Notes under the pieces: generated by a model | The model's input: only the letters and a program-made list of their open reading frames with translations | What the model was told of the DNA's origin: nothing | The model's database searches: none | Origin: Candidatus Latescibacterota bacterium | GTDB lineage: Bacteria; Latescibacterota; UBA2968; UBA8231 | DNA: 64,000 bases | Assembly: GCA_965248265.1 (NCBI GenBank) | Contig: CBDFJF010000002.1 | Location: 352,001 to 416,000, forward strand | Direction: 5' to 3' | Shown: positions 39,217 through 48,324 of the stretch, piece by piece | How the letters are laid out: each line of letters begins with the position of its first letter | Position numbering within the stretch: position 1 is the first letter of the stretch | Position numbers and translations under genes: made by a program

Positions 39217-41156
39217 CAGCCGGTCGCCATCGAGGACGCGGCTTCCAACGCTGCCGGTATATCGAGGACATGATGGAGACGAGGGTGGCGTCGTCTCAGT
39301 TCTTCCGCGTGCTGGCTCAGAAGATCCTGTTGCTCGTCGGGCGGCAGACTGCCCGCGGCATCGCAGAGTTCGGCCAGTGAGCGGACATACCAGGCATGCT
39401 CACGCATGAGGCGCCATGCTGCCGCCGTTGTCGCATCACTCGAGCGGATTCCTCGCTCGATTCTGGGTAGGAATCTGTAAACCAGATCCGAGACTGCGGC
39501 CATGTTATTCGGCAACCTGTTATCCGGAGCGACCTTCTCTCCGCGCAGCAAGGGAGGATCGAAGAGCTCGCTCAAGCGGGTCAGGTATCCTCTCACCGCC
39601 GGTCCACCGCGACCGAACACATCGACGAAATACTCATCCGCGATTGTGTCAAAATCCACCTTCCGGTCCCAGAGGGTTTTGCCCATCGTGTGCATCAACA
39701 GGCCGGTGGGAAAACAGACCCGTGTCAGCTGACAACTGATGTAACCGTTCATGCCGAGTTTTTCTAGTCCGGCAAGGTCCTTGAACAGCACTGCGGCCAA
39801 TGCCAGCTGGCCGGGGTCGAAGCGATGGGCTCTCCACAGGTGGTAGTCGAAGTCGATGCAGTCACCATGGAACGACTTGCGCCAGCCCTCGAGCAATTTC
39901 AGGCTACCCCTTGGACTACGAGGAAATCGCAGCCTGTTGCGTACGAAGCGCGGTGTCCTGGTCGGCGCGCGGTCGTCGAGGATGGAGGTGGCATAGCTAC
40001 GGGTGATAGGGGCGAACATGAGGATGAACCTCGCGGGATTGTGGATGCGCTCTCTCGTAGGCGCCCATAGCAGATCGACGTAGGCGAGGAAGACGATGCG
40101 GGTGGCAAGAGTCCGGCGTGACAGCTTTTCGTCGATTTCGTTGAGAATCTGAACATAGAGGTCACTGGGTCTCGTCCTGGAGCAACTCGAGCACTCGCAG
40201 TGGTTGTTCGAGCCGTCGCCGAGCCAAACGTGGATGACCTCTTCATCCGGGTGTCCGGCAGCGTAGTCGACGACAGCACGCGCCATGGTGGCGCGCACCG
40301 TCTTGTTCGAAAAGCACAACTGGGTATTGATCGGTTTATTGCCGAAGAACGTTCTGTGGCCGTCACGCAAGGCCAGAAATTTTCTGATCGTAGCTGGTGG
40401 CCGTCCCTTGAACTCGGTCCACTCGTTGCCGGCCACACCGAACGGGTCGCAGGTCCATCCATGACCCACCCGGTGGACGATCATGCCGCGTTTGCGCAGT
40501 TGCAGGATGATACGGTCACAGAGTTCGAAGGCGTCGCTCTGCGACAAAGCGATCTTCTCTTTACCCCTGCCCTCTTCATCGCAGTACCATCGCCTAAAGA
40601 ATTCGTAGGAATTGCGGAACTGCAGGTAGTATGAGTTGAAGCCACGCTTGGCGGCCCAGTCGACGATGCTCTTGAGATGCTTCTCTGAGCAGGAGCCTTC
40701 GATACAGATGCAGCGATGGCGATTGGAAGGAGTCTCCGCAATGGCGATTCGCCGCGAGAGGGCGTTTGAACGCCGCGGCACACGCTCACCCTGCCTACCA
40801 GGTCGCAACCAACGGCAGCCCAGTTCCTCCAGGTAACGGTAGGCGGCGAAAACGACACTGCGCGAGTTGACGCCAGCTACCACGGCATGCCCTGCTTGCG
40901 CGCTGACGAATACGGCATCGTCAAACGGATGCTCTCTGGGTGGCAAGTCAACGGCAGCAAGAGTGCCAAATGCTTCGGAGGTACCGACCCAGATTCCCTT
41001 CATGTCCGGACGGTAGGCGGTTGCAGATCGTGTCTTCACAATCCGGCCTGTCATTCGACTCAAATAGCGCCTCAACTCACTGGCGGCGAACTGAACCGGT
41101 CGTTGGCTGCTCAACCGGTAGACGACTACCTCTTCATCGAATCTCAATTTCACCAT
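39216..41156 (-). CDS. DUF4838-domain protein (GH20/GH67-like N-terminal domain plus TIM barrel)
   Basis: FAASELRRYL, RSVVFAAYRYLEELGCRWLRPG, QLCFSN, CECSSC and FLAY. Confidence 0.75.
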   Translation of the reverse strand: MVKLRFDEEVVVYRLSSQRPVQFAASELRRYLSRMTGRIVKTRSATAYRPDMKGIWVGTSEAFGTLAAVDLPPREHPFDDAVFVSAQAGHAVVAGVNSRSVVFAAYRYLEELGCRWLRPGRQGERVPRRSNALSRRIAIAETPSNRHRCICIEGSCSEKHLKSIVDWAAKRGFNSYYLQFRNSYEFFRRWYCDEEGRGKEKIALSQSDAFELCDRIILQLRKRGMIVHRVGHGWTCDPFGVAGNEWTEFKGRPPATIRKFLALRDGHRTFFGNKPINTQLCFSNKTVRATMARAVVDYAAGHPDEEVIHVWLGDGSNNHCECSSCSRTRPSDLYVQILNEIDEKLSRRTLATRIVFLAYVDLLWAPTRERIHNPARFILMFAPITRSYATSILDDRAPTRTPRFVRNRLRFPRSPRGSLKLLEGWRKSFHGDCIDFDYHLWRAHRFDPGQLALAAVLFKDLAGLEKLGMNGYISCQLTRVCFPTGLLMHTMGKTLWDRKVDFDTIADEYFVDVFGRGGPAVRGYLTRLSELFDPPLLRGEKVAPDNRLPNNMAAVSDLVYRFLPRIERGIRSSDATTAAAWRLMREHAWYVRSLAELCDAAGSLPPDEQQDLLSQHAEELRRRHPRLHHVLDIPAALEAASSMATG

Positions 41157-41164
41157 TTGTCTGC

Positions 41165-42736
41165 CTACTTGACGAACACCATGCGTTGGATTCGCTGCAA
41201 CCCCCTTGCCTTGAGCCGGAGGAGATACACCCCAGCAGCCACCGCTCGACTGTCGTCGTCAACACCACGCCAAGTAGCTTCGTAGGTGCCTGGAGGCAAA
41301 TGGTCCTCCAATAGCGAGCTGACCTGCTGGCCGGCGAGATTCAGGACCTCCAGCTGCGCGAAACCCTGATCTGCAAGGCCAAAGCATATTTTTGCCGACG
41401 AATTGAACGGATTGGGAAATGGGGGCTGTATCCACAATTTGCTCTCCGCAACCTCACTGCGCACGATAGGTGCGTCTTCATCGAGGACTGCCCGGAAATA
41501 CCTCACCTGGTTCATGTCATCGGCAGTACGCACGAAGTAGAGCCCTTCGAGTGTTTCGGTCACCGTCGTCGAGCCGCGGTCAGCCGTCAGAAACAGGCGC
41601 CCATCGTTGAACCAACCATCCGAGCGAATCCCGAGTGAAACGGGCCTTTGCGCCAGATCGCCATTGGCAGCCAGCGGTGCCACCTGCACATCGGTGCGCC
41701 GAGGCAGTACGGCGTAGACGGTGCCAGCGGGAGACTCCCACAGCCGGCCCAGACCAAAGTCCCCCGATTGGCCAAGCTGGATGTGAGTCAGCGGTCCACC
41801 CGGTGGGCCGAAGGCATGCATGCAGCGGTCGCCTCTGAAGTCATCCTCAACGTCACGAGTACGGTACAGCAAGTGAATTTTATCACCGTTTCTGGTCAAA
41901 AGGATGTCATCGTTGTGGACCCTGTCGGCCGTAAGCTCGACGTTGGCGATCTCCGTGCGAGCGAACGGCACTGAGGTGACATCTGGGGTGTAGAAATACT
42001 GCAGGTTGCGGAAGGAGTAAACGAAGTCGACACCCGCCTCGATTTTATCCGGGTCTGCGATGTCGGACGTGGTGAATACGTGGGCGGCCTGTCCTGAAAG
42101 CACGACGAAGGGGTAGGCCTGACGGTCAAAACCAGAAGGAGACTCGGGTACTTCCGGATGTTCGGAAACGAGGCCGGCGCGCCAGCCGTTAAGGTCGCCG
42201 ATGGCGAAGGTGCTACGAGGATAGGGTGAGGCTACGACCAGAAAATCACCTTCGCCGCTGACACTGGCACCCGCATAGGGCCAAAGGTCATTGTAGGGCG
42301 ATTCTGGATTGTCAATGACTGGATCGTCGTCGCCTGCAGTAAATCGGTAGCGCGTGAAGAGTCCACCCGGCCAGGCGAACACGTGCAGCGTGCCGTCATT
42401 GTCTGCCAATAGGGAAGGAGGCTGGTTCAGCTCCTGCTCTCGCGGACTGGTCCACATTCGGCGCCAGCTGCCGTTGCTCTGGCGTTCGTACAGAGTCCAT
42501 TGCTGCGCGAATACTTCGTCCCACGGCTCAAGCAAAGCGCAAAACAGCGAGCCTCCGGTGTTGACGATGATGGACTGATGATAACCCCACACCGTGGCCG
42601 TGTTGCCGGGGAATGACTGAACTTCGGTGATTGGTTCCGTCGTAACCGTCCATGGATTCACCGCAGCCGCGGCTGTTGCCACGAGTCCACAGTACAGGAT
42701 CGTCAGCTGGCATACCCGACGCATGGGGCTTGTCAT
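41165..42736 (-). CDS. Secreted beta-rich protein with FlgD-Ig/secretion C-terminal domain
   Basis: Signal peptide (…GLVATAAAA) and C-terminal PFPNPFNSS…W.G.DD..R.VAAGVYLLRL; start uncertain. Confidence 0.78.
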   Translation of the reverse strand: MTSPMRRVCQLTILYCGLVATAAAAVNPWTVTTEPITEVQSFPGNTATVWGYHQSIIVNTGGSLFCALLEPWDEVFAQQWTLYERQSNGSWRRMWTSPREQELNQPPSLLADNDGTLHVFAWPGGLFTRYRFTAGDDDPVIDNPESPYNDLWPYAGASVSGEGDFLVVASPYPRSTFAIGDLNGWRAGLVSEHPEVPESPSGFDRQAYPFVVLSGQAAHVFTTSDIADPDKIEAGVDFVYSFRNLQYFYTPDVTSVPFARTEIANVELTADRVHNDDILLTRNGDKIHLLYRTRDVEDDFRGDRCMHAFGPPGGPLTHIQLGQSGDFGLGRLWESPAGTVYAVLPRRTDVQVAPLAANGDLAQRPVSLGIRSDGWFNDGRLFLTADRGSTTVTETLEGLYFVRTADDMNQVRYFRAVLDEDAPIVRSEVAESKLWIQPPFPNPFNSSAKICFGLADQGFAQLEVLNLAGQQVSSLLEDHLPPGTYEATWRGVDDDSRAVAAGVYLLRLKARGLQRIQRMVFVK

Positions 42737-42829
42737 TGATCGACCGGGGAATCCTCGCTGTTTCGCTGAATCGTCTCCATGTCCCACATCCGCCACAGGC
42801 TATCCGCTGAGGCGGAATCCGACGCCGGG

Positions 42830-43348
42830 TTAGCTCAGCAATCCCTTCAAGGCGCTCAACGCCGCATCGTAGTCGGGTTCCTCGGTCACCTCCGGCACGA
42901 TCTGGCCGTAGACGACCTTGCCGCTGGCATCGAGGACGTAGACGGCACGCGCCATGATCTTGAGTTCCTCGATCAGCGTGCCCCAGTCTTCACCAAACTT
43001 GCGGTCCTTGTAGTCGCTTCCCACGCGCATGTCGATATCTTCAGCGCCGCAGAAGCGTGCCTGCGCGAAGGGCAAGTCGCAGCTGACGGTCAGAGCGTTG
43101 ACCTGATCGCCCAGAGCGGAGAGATCCTGGTTGAAGCGTTTTGTCTGGATGGCGCACACAGGTGTATCCAACGAAGGCACGACGCTGACGATCGACGGTT
43201 TGCCAGTCAGATCGGCGAGGCTGAGGGTATGAAGGCCGTCAGCGAAGTAGGACAAGGTGAAGTCAGGGGCTTGCTGCCCGACGGTCAACTCGTCACCAAC
43301 TAGCGTAAGCGGTCCTCCTTTGAACGTTACTGCGCCTGCACGTGCCAT
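42830..43348 (-). CDS. tpx: Thiol peroxidase (atypical 2-Cys peroxiredoxin)
   Basis: VTFKGGPL, VPSLDTPVC, DLPFAQARFCG, RAVYV and EPDYD. Confidence 0.95.
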   Translation of the reverse strand: MARAGAVTFKGGPLTLVGDELTVGQQAPDFTLSYFADGLHTLSLADLTGKPSIVSVVPSLDTPVCAIQTKRFNQDLSALGDQVNALTVSCDLPFAQARFCGAEDIDMRVGSDYKDRKFGEDWGTLIEELKIMARAVYVLDASGKVVYGQIVPEVTEEPDYDAALSALKGLLS

Positions 43349-43439
43349 GAATTCTCACTTTCTATGTTATTAACTGACATTGTGGTTTTATACACGGACA
43401 TTGTGGGACTTGATTGGGTAATTCAGGATCGGACGGCAA

Positions 43440-44300
43440 TCAACGCCGGCGGATAAATTTTTGCACTCGTTGATCGGTTTGCACCTCGCTGACATACAGA
43501 TCTCCGTTGCTGTCAGTCCAGATGCCGTGAGGGCAGCCCAGGAACTCACCGGGCTCGTCCAATCTCTCGCCCTTGCCCCAACGACACAGCAGCTCGCCCT
43601 TAAGGTTGAATATGCTGACGCGCTGTTCCAACTCAGCCACATAGACGATGCCATCTTCGTCGATATGGATGGTGTCGGGTTGAATCACGTCGTTCCACTC
43701 GCTCAGGTAGTTCCCCTCCGTGTCGAAAAACTGGATGCGGTCGTTGCCACGGTCGCAGACCATCAGGCGGTCGTCGGGGTCAACGCGGATGTTGTGAGGG
43801 GTGTCAAATTCTCCGGGGCCGGTGCCTTTACTGCCCCACGATTTGATGCGTTCACCACTGGCGTTGTACTTGTGAATGCGCTCGTTTTCGTAGCCGTCAC
43901 AGATGTACATATCTCCCTTGGAGTCGAAGGCGATATCGGTGGGTTGGCGGAAAGGCTCCCCGACTTCGGCTCGCTCTCCAGGTGTGCCCAGGGTCATTTC
44001 CAGCTCGCCGGCTGCATTGAACTGACGCATACAATGGGCTTCGCGCTCGACACAGAACACCCGATCCTGTTCGTCGATCAAGATGCCGTGCGCGTCGACG
44101 AGGACATCCTCGCCCCACGATTCCACGAAATGTCCATCTGAGTCGAGGAGGACGAGAGGGTGTTCGCTGCGATTGTACACATAAACCCGATCCTTCGAAT
44201 CGACAGCGACGGCGGCAACCCAGCCCAGTTTCCAGCCCTCTGGGTATGAGCCCCATCCTTGTGCCACTTCGAACGTGAAATCTCCCTGCCCGACGATCAT
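43440..44300 (-). CDS. NHL-repeat peptidyl-alpha-hydroxyglycine alpha-amidating lyase-like protein
   Basis: VAVDSKDRVYV, AHG, PTDIAF…DGY.N.R, PHNI, DRGNDRIQ and PHGIWTD. Confidence 0.87.
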   Translation of the reverse strand: MIVGQGDFTFEVAQGWGSYPEGWKLGWVAAVAVDSKDRVYVYNRSEHPLVLLDSDGHFVESWGEDVLVDAHGILIDEQDRVFCVEREAHCMRQFNAAGELEMTLGTPGERAEVGEPFRQPTDIAFDSKGDMYICDGYENERIHKYNASGERIKSWGSKGTGPGEFDTPHNIRVDPDDRLMVCDRGNDRIQFFDTEGNYLSEWNDVIQPDTIHIDEDGIVYVAELEQRVSIFNLKGELLCRWGKGERLDEPGEFLGCPHGIWTDSNGDLYVSEVQTDQRVQKFIRRR

Positions 44301-44541
44301 GGTGATCCCCTCGATGTGTTATCTGCACTATTGGGTGTTGTCGATTCCGAAATTGAAGTATGCGCAAAGATTGATGGTTGGTCGAGGATGGAGACTGCAT
44401 CCTATGGGGACGACACACATCCTCGTGGCCGGCCACTGTTGACGGATCCCTCCCGTTCGGATAGTATGCCCCGCCACTGGAACTCCTCATCCATCTGAAT
44501 ACGCTCATCTGAACATCATGCACCACAGGGAGATGACATAC

Positions 44542-45552
44542 ATGCTCAACATCGGGATTTCACGTGACACACTGGTAATTCGAGAGGGCTTCGGTGTTGA
44601 CAGCCTGGATGATGAGGCCTTCGTCAGTTGGAGATTCCTCGACGATGATACAATCGAGATGAGGCCGGCGGATATCACGTCGCTGGACGCCCTGTTGCTG
44701 GGCGGAACCAGGGTTACACCGGCGACCCTGGATGGCAACGAGCAACTTGCTCTCATCACCCGGTTTGGGGCCGGGTACGACCGCGTCGATTTGGAGGCCT
44801 GCACCAACAACGCGGTCATCGTAGCCAATACACCGCTCGCTGTGAAGAGGCCGGTGGCGGCGATGGCGGCCATGTTCATTCTGGCTCTTGGCCACGACGT
44901 AGCCAACCTGGATCGCCTGGTACGCGCCGGAACCTGGCCCACATCTGAGGGTAAGCGTGGGATCGGACTTGTCGGTCGTACCCTCGGTCTGCTGGGGCTG
45001 GGGAGTATCGGTCAAGAGATCGTCAAACTGATGGCGCCCTTCGACATGCGGGTCGTGGCGTTCGATCCGTACGTCTCGCCAGATACCGCGTCGGCGGCAA
45101 GCGTCGAGCTCGGCGATCTCGAAACGGTTCTGGCTCAAGCCGACTTCGTCTGTGTCAGCTGCACTCTCACCGAGGAGACGCGGAATCTTCTCGATTCGTC
45201 TGCGATAGGACTGATGAAACCGAGCAGCTTTGTCATCAACGTTGCCCGTGGGCCCATCATCAATCAACGGGCGCTCACCGAGGCGCTGAAGAACGGTAAG
45301 ATTCGCGGGGCCGGTCTCGATGTCTTCGAGGCCGAGCCCATCGACCCGAATGATCCGTTGCTGGCCTTGGACAACGTCATCGTCACGCCTCATCAGGCAT
45401 GCATGTCCGATCAGTGTGCCCATGACATTGGCAGACAGACGATGGACACGGCGCTGGGGTTACGCTCGGGCAAGCTCCCCGACAGCATCATCAACCGAGA
45501 AGTGTTGGACGATCCCAGGCTGCAGGAGAAACTGCGTCGATTGAGCGGTTGA
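44542..45552 (+). CDS. D-2-hydroxyacid/phosphoglycerate dehydrogenase-like NAD-dependent oxidoreductase
   Basis: RFGAGYD, GLGSIG, INVARGP, GLDVFEAEP and TPH. Confidence 0.9.
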   Translation: MLNIGISRDTLVIREGFGVDSLDDEAFVSWRFLDDDTIEMRPADITSLDALLLGGTRVTPATLDGNEQLALITRFGAGYDRVDLEACTNNAVIVANTPLAVKRPVAAMAAMFILALGHDVANLDRLVRAGTWPTSEGKRGIGLVGRTLGLLGLGSIGQEIVKLMAPFDMRVVAFDPYVSPDTASAASVELGDLETVLAQADFVCVSCTLTEETRNLLDSSAIGLMKPSSFVINVARGPIINQRALTEALKNGKIRGAGLDVFEAEPIDPNDPLLALDNVIVTPHQACMSDQCAHDIGRQTMDTALGLRSGKLPDSIINREVLDDPRLQEKLRRLSG

Positions 45553-45734
45553 GACGCCGTCGGCCGGCGCTGTGGCATTCGGCGACAAGTGATGGAGGCA
45601 GAATTCGATGGATCCATCGACAGGATCGACGGGAACTTCCGTCCAGTGCATCAGGCGTCGAGAACGCGAATCTCATAGATTCGCCGACATTGCCTTACTT
45701 CAGGAACAAACCGAATCAACTATCAAGGTCGGCG

Positions 45735-46823
45735 ATGAAGACCATTCGAATCATCCTGGAGCGGCGAGCCTGGCTGGCAAACACGGCCTTGCTCCTCTTC
45801 GGCCTGGTAGCCGGACTCGGATCGGCCGAGCTGCTGCTGCGCCTCTTTGATTCCGAAGACAATGTGCGCACAACCGCAGCGCTGGATATCTACGCCCCGA
45901 GCGAGTGTTGTGGAATTGCCCTCAAGCCGAACCTGTCGCGAGCCACATTCTGGAACGGCAAGAAGGTCTACATCGAGACGGACGACGAGGGACGACGGGT
46001 ACCGCACCGTGGCGTCGCGCCAATAGACGCGGAACGACCGTCAATTATTTTTTGCGGTGACTCGTACACCTTCGGCAACGAAGAAAACGCGGGCGACACG
46101 TTCCCTTATCTGGTCGGGACCGAGAGCAAGCGCCACACCATCAACCTGGGGGTGGGCAGTTACTCTACGTTTCAGGAAGTTTCCTCGCTCGAAAACTATC
46201 TCCGTCTCCACGGCAACGATTCAGTCGACCAGGTTTACCTGTGTTTCTTCGTCGGCAACGACTTCACCGACAACCTGCCGGGACGGGAACAACTCGAGAT
46301 CGACGGCCAGGGCCGCATTCGCCTCGGCAGATCGGAAGCCGCTGACTGGCTGCGACAATTCGTCTACGACAGCCGCTTGCTGTCCCTCGTCGTCTTGAGA
46401 TTGCGCACGGCGTACCTGAATCTCAGTTACAGGTTCACGACCTCGAGCCGGCCGTCCCTGTATGCCTCAACGTTCTACACCAGAGAGGTCGTGGATCATA
46501 CCCGGCGAGCATTGGAGAGGTTCAGCGACATATGTGCGGCCAATGAGCTCGACGCCGCTGTACTGATCATCCCTGACAAAGACCAGGTCTACAAGCCGTT
46601 CGCCAATGAGCAGGACCGGCATTGGCCCAATCGGGTGCTGAGCGGGCTTCTCGATGAGTTGCATGTTCCGCATGTCGACGCGCTGCCCCATTTTCTTCGG
46701 TCAAGCCAATCCGCAGCTGTTACGCTGTACAACATGACCCAGGCGGGGCATCTTTCGGTTCGCGGTCATCGAGTGGTGGCACAGATACTCCGGGACTTCG
46801 AGCAGGCGAGGCGAACCGAGTAA
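45735..46823 (+). CDS. Membrane-anchored SGNH/GDSL hydrolase family protein
   Basis: TM anchor ending AELLLR, GDSYTFG (block I), NLGVGSY, GND and GHLSVRGH. Confidence 0.85.
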   Translation: MKTIRIILERRAWLANTALLLFGLVAGLGSAELLLRLFDSEDNVRTTAALDIYAPSECCGIALKPNLSRATFWNGKKVYIETDDEGRRVPHRGVAPIDAERPSIIFCGDSYTFGNEENAGDTFPYLVGTESKRHTINLGVGSYSTFQEVSSLENYLRLHGNDSVDQVYLCFFVGNDFTDNLPGREQLEIDGQGRIRLGRSEAADWLRQFVYDSRLLSLVVLRLRTAYLNLSYRFTTSSRPSLYASTFYTREVVDHTRRALERFSDICAANELDAAVLIIPDKDQVYKPFANEQDRHWPNRVLSGLLDELHVPHVDALPHFLRSSQSAAVTLYNMTQAGHLSVRGHRVVAQILRDFEQARRTE

Positions 46824-46941
46824 AGATTGTAACCAGGAGAGATTTACGGTCTCGAAGATCTGGGAGAGGCCGTGCACCGGGCGCTGGAAATTGGGAACAC
46901 GCTGATCTCCCGAAGCCCGGTCATTGGCCGGCCGGCATCAT

Positions 46942-47430
46942 TCAGTGATGATGATGGCCACCGGGCCCGTGAGCGTGTCCGTGGGACAATTCCTCTTCCG
47001 TCGCTGCCCGCACCTCCTCAACGCTGACATCGAAGTGCAGCACCTCACCAGCAAGCGGATGATTGCCGTCGACGGTGACCTCGTCCTCGGCCACGTCGGT
47101 GACGACGATGAGCTGGGTTTGACTATCTTCACCGGAAGCCTCGAATCGCATGCCGGGCTCGATATTGTCCACCGCTCCGAAGTCGCTGCGGGGCACGGTC
47201 TGGATGAGATCCTCATTGACCACACCATAACCATTTTCGGGTTGGATCGTGACGCTGAGTGAATCCCCCGCGCCCTTGCCGGCCAGCTCATTCTCGAGGC
47301 CGGGAATCAGATTGCCGGCGCCGTGCAGATAAACCAGAGGTTCACCATCATCGGATGAGTCGAGGATTTCTCCTGCGTCGTCGGTCAGTTTGTATTGGAT
47401 GGATACGACACAGTTCGCTGCGATCTTCAA
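46942..47430 (-). CDS. slyD: FKBP-type peptidyl-prolyl isomerase SlyD
   Basis: PLVYLHGAGNLIPGLE, DGNHPLAG and a His-rich tail; TTG start at 47430. Confidence 0.95.
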   Translation of the reverse strand: MKIAANCVVSIQYKLTDDAGEILDSSDDGEPLVYLHGAGNLIPGLENELAGKGAGDSLSVTIQPENGYGVVNEDLIQTVPRSDFGAVDNIEPGMRFEASGEDSQTQLIVVTDVAEDEVTVDGNHPLAGEVLHFDVSVEEVRAATEEELSHGHAHGPGGHHHH

Positions 47431-47513
47431 GGTTTCTTCCTTTGTGGGAGGCGATTGGATGACGAGCGAGTGTGCGGAATACAGGTCCGTACCGCAACCG
47501 GCCAACCGGTAAT

Positions 47514-47546
47514 AAAAGCCTCCCGAAGTCGCTGACTCCGAGAGGC
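47514..47546 (-). terminator. Intrinsic terminator downstream of the 47575..48039 gene
   Basis: Minus strand GCCTCTCGGAGTC-agc-GACTTCGGGAGGC-TTTTA (13-bp stem with G-U pairs). Confidence 0.7.
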
Positions 47547-47574
47547 CTGTTTTGGTTGGACGCCGGTCGGCGTC

Positions 47575-48039
47575 TCACTCCGCCGAGGCAAGCACCTCGA
47601 CGCCATCCAACACGTCAGTGATAGCGGGAGCCGGGTAGCACAACCGGACGATCCCCGGGAGCTCCTTTGCGTTCGAGCTGGTTGTCATTTCAAAGGCCAA
47701 CTGCAAGCAGGTATGGTACATCGGCATGCCCAGCGCGAAGGGATCGACTTGGGATTCGATCCTGGTGGTGCGAAGCTCGGCCAGGGGCCGCCAGGTTTGC
47801 TCCAAACCGGCCATCAGGTCCAGGAGGGCCTGCCAGCTGGAAAAGCCGTATTCACCGGCAAGCACCTGTTGCGCATGACGCAGTCCAAACGAGTCGGTTG
47901 CCGCAGCAGGCAGATCGGCAATCACGGCCTGCACACGCGCTACGGCCTCGGACTGACCGTCTTTGTGATCGTTGAGAAGCTGGCGAGCCTGCTTTTTGAG
48001 AACATCGAGATTGGGTTGGGGCGGGAGCTGACGTGACAT
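47575..48039 (-). CDS. Hypothetical protein: 'LP..PNL..LKKQA…AQ..LA.EYGF.SW' N-terminal domain fused to a FliM-middle-domain-like fragment
   Basis: The N-terminal ~75 aa match a motif I recall on ankyrin and other modular proteins. The C-terminal W.PL…E…P…L.FE…G.VRLCYP resembles FliM. Confidence 0.7.
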   Translation of the reverse strand: MSRQLPPQPNLDVLKKQARQLLNDHKDGQSEAVARVQAVIADLPAAATDSFGLRHAQQVLAGEYGFSSWQALLDLMAGLEQTWRPLAELRTTRIESQVDPFALGMPMYHTCLQLAFEMTTSSNAKELPGIVRLCYPAPAITDVLDGVEVLASAE

Positions 48040-48160
48040 AGAACACCACCTTCCTTCACTAATGCCTGCTGTCCGCTCAGATCAGGCTGAAAGAAGGTCT
48101 ATGTATACTGCAGAAGGTGGGTTTAACCCTTGCCGCGGACTGGAGGCTCCCTTTGAGCAC
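48040..48160 (-). promoter_or_regulatory. Structured 5' leader with anti-SD elements (candidate cis-regulatory RNA)
   Basis: Outer stem GCCU..GUCCGC/GCGGAC..AGGC, inner hairpins, and two segments complementary to the SD region. Confidence 0.6.
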
Positions 48161-48167
48161 TGCCGTC

Positions 48168-48196
48168 AATGTAGATATCGTGGTGACGGTGGACAA
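48168..48196 (-). promoter_or_regulatory. Sigma70-type promoter for the leader-containing transcript
   Basis: TTGTCC-N17-TACATT on the minus strand. Confidence 0.45.
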
Positions 48197-48324
48197 GGTA
48201 AGAGTCAAAGGCTCATGCTCGATTGAGACAGGCAGCGGCGAAAGCAGCTGTGTCCACTGGACTTCCCGACCACCCACTCGATTTGTTATCTTTAACTCCC
48301 TGAGCAAGTTACGCAGGAAATCTG

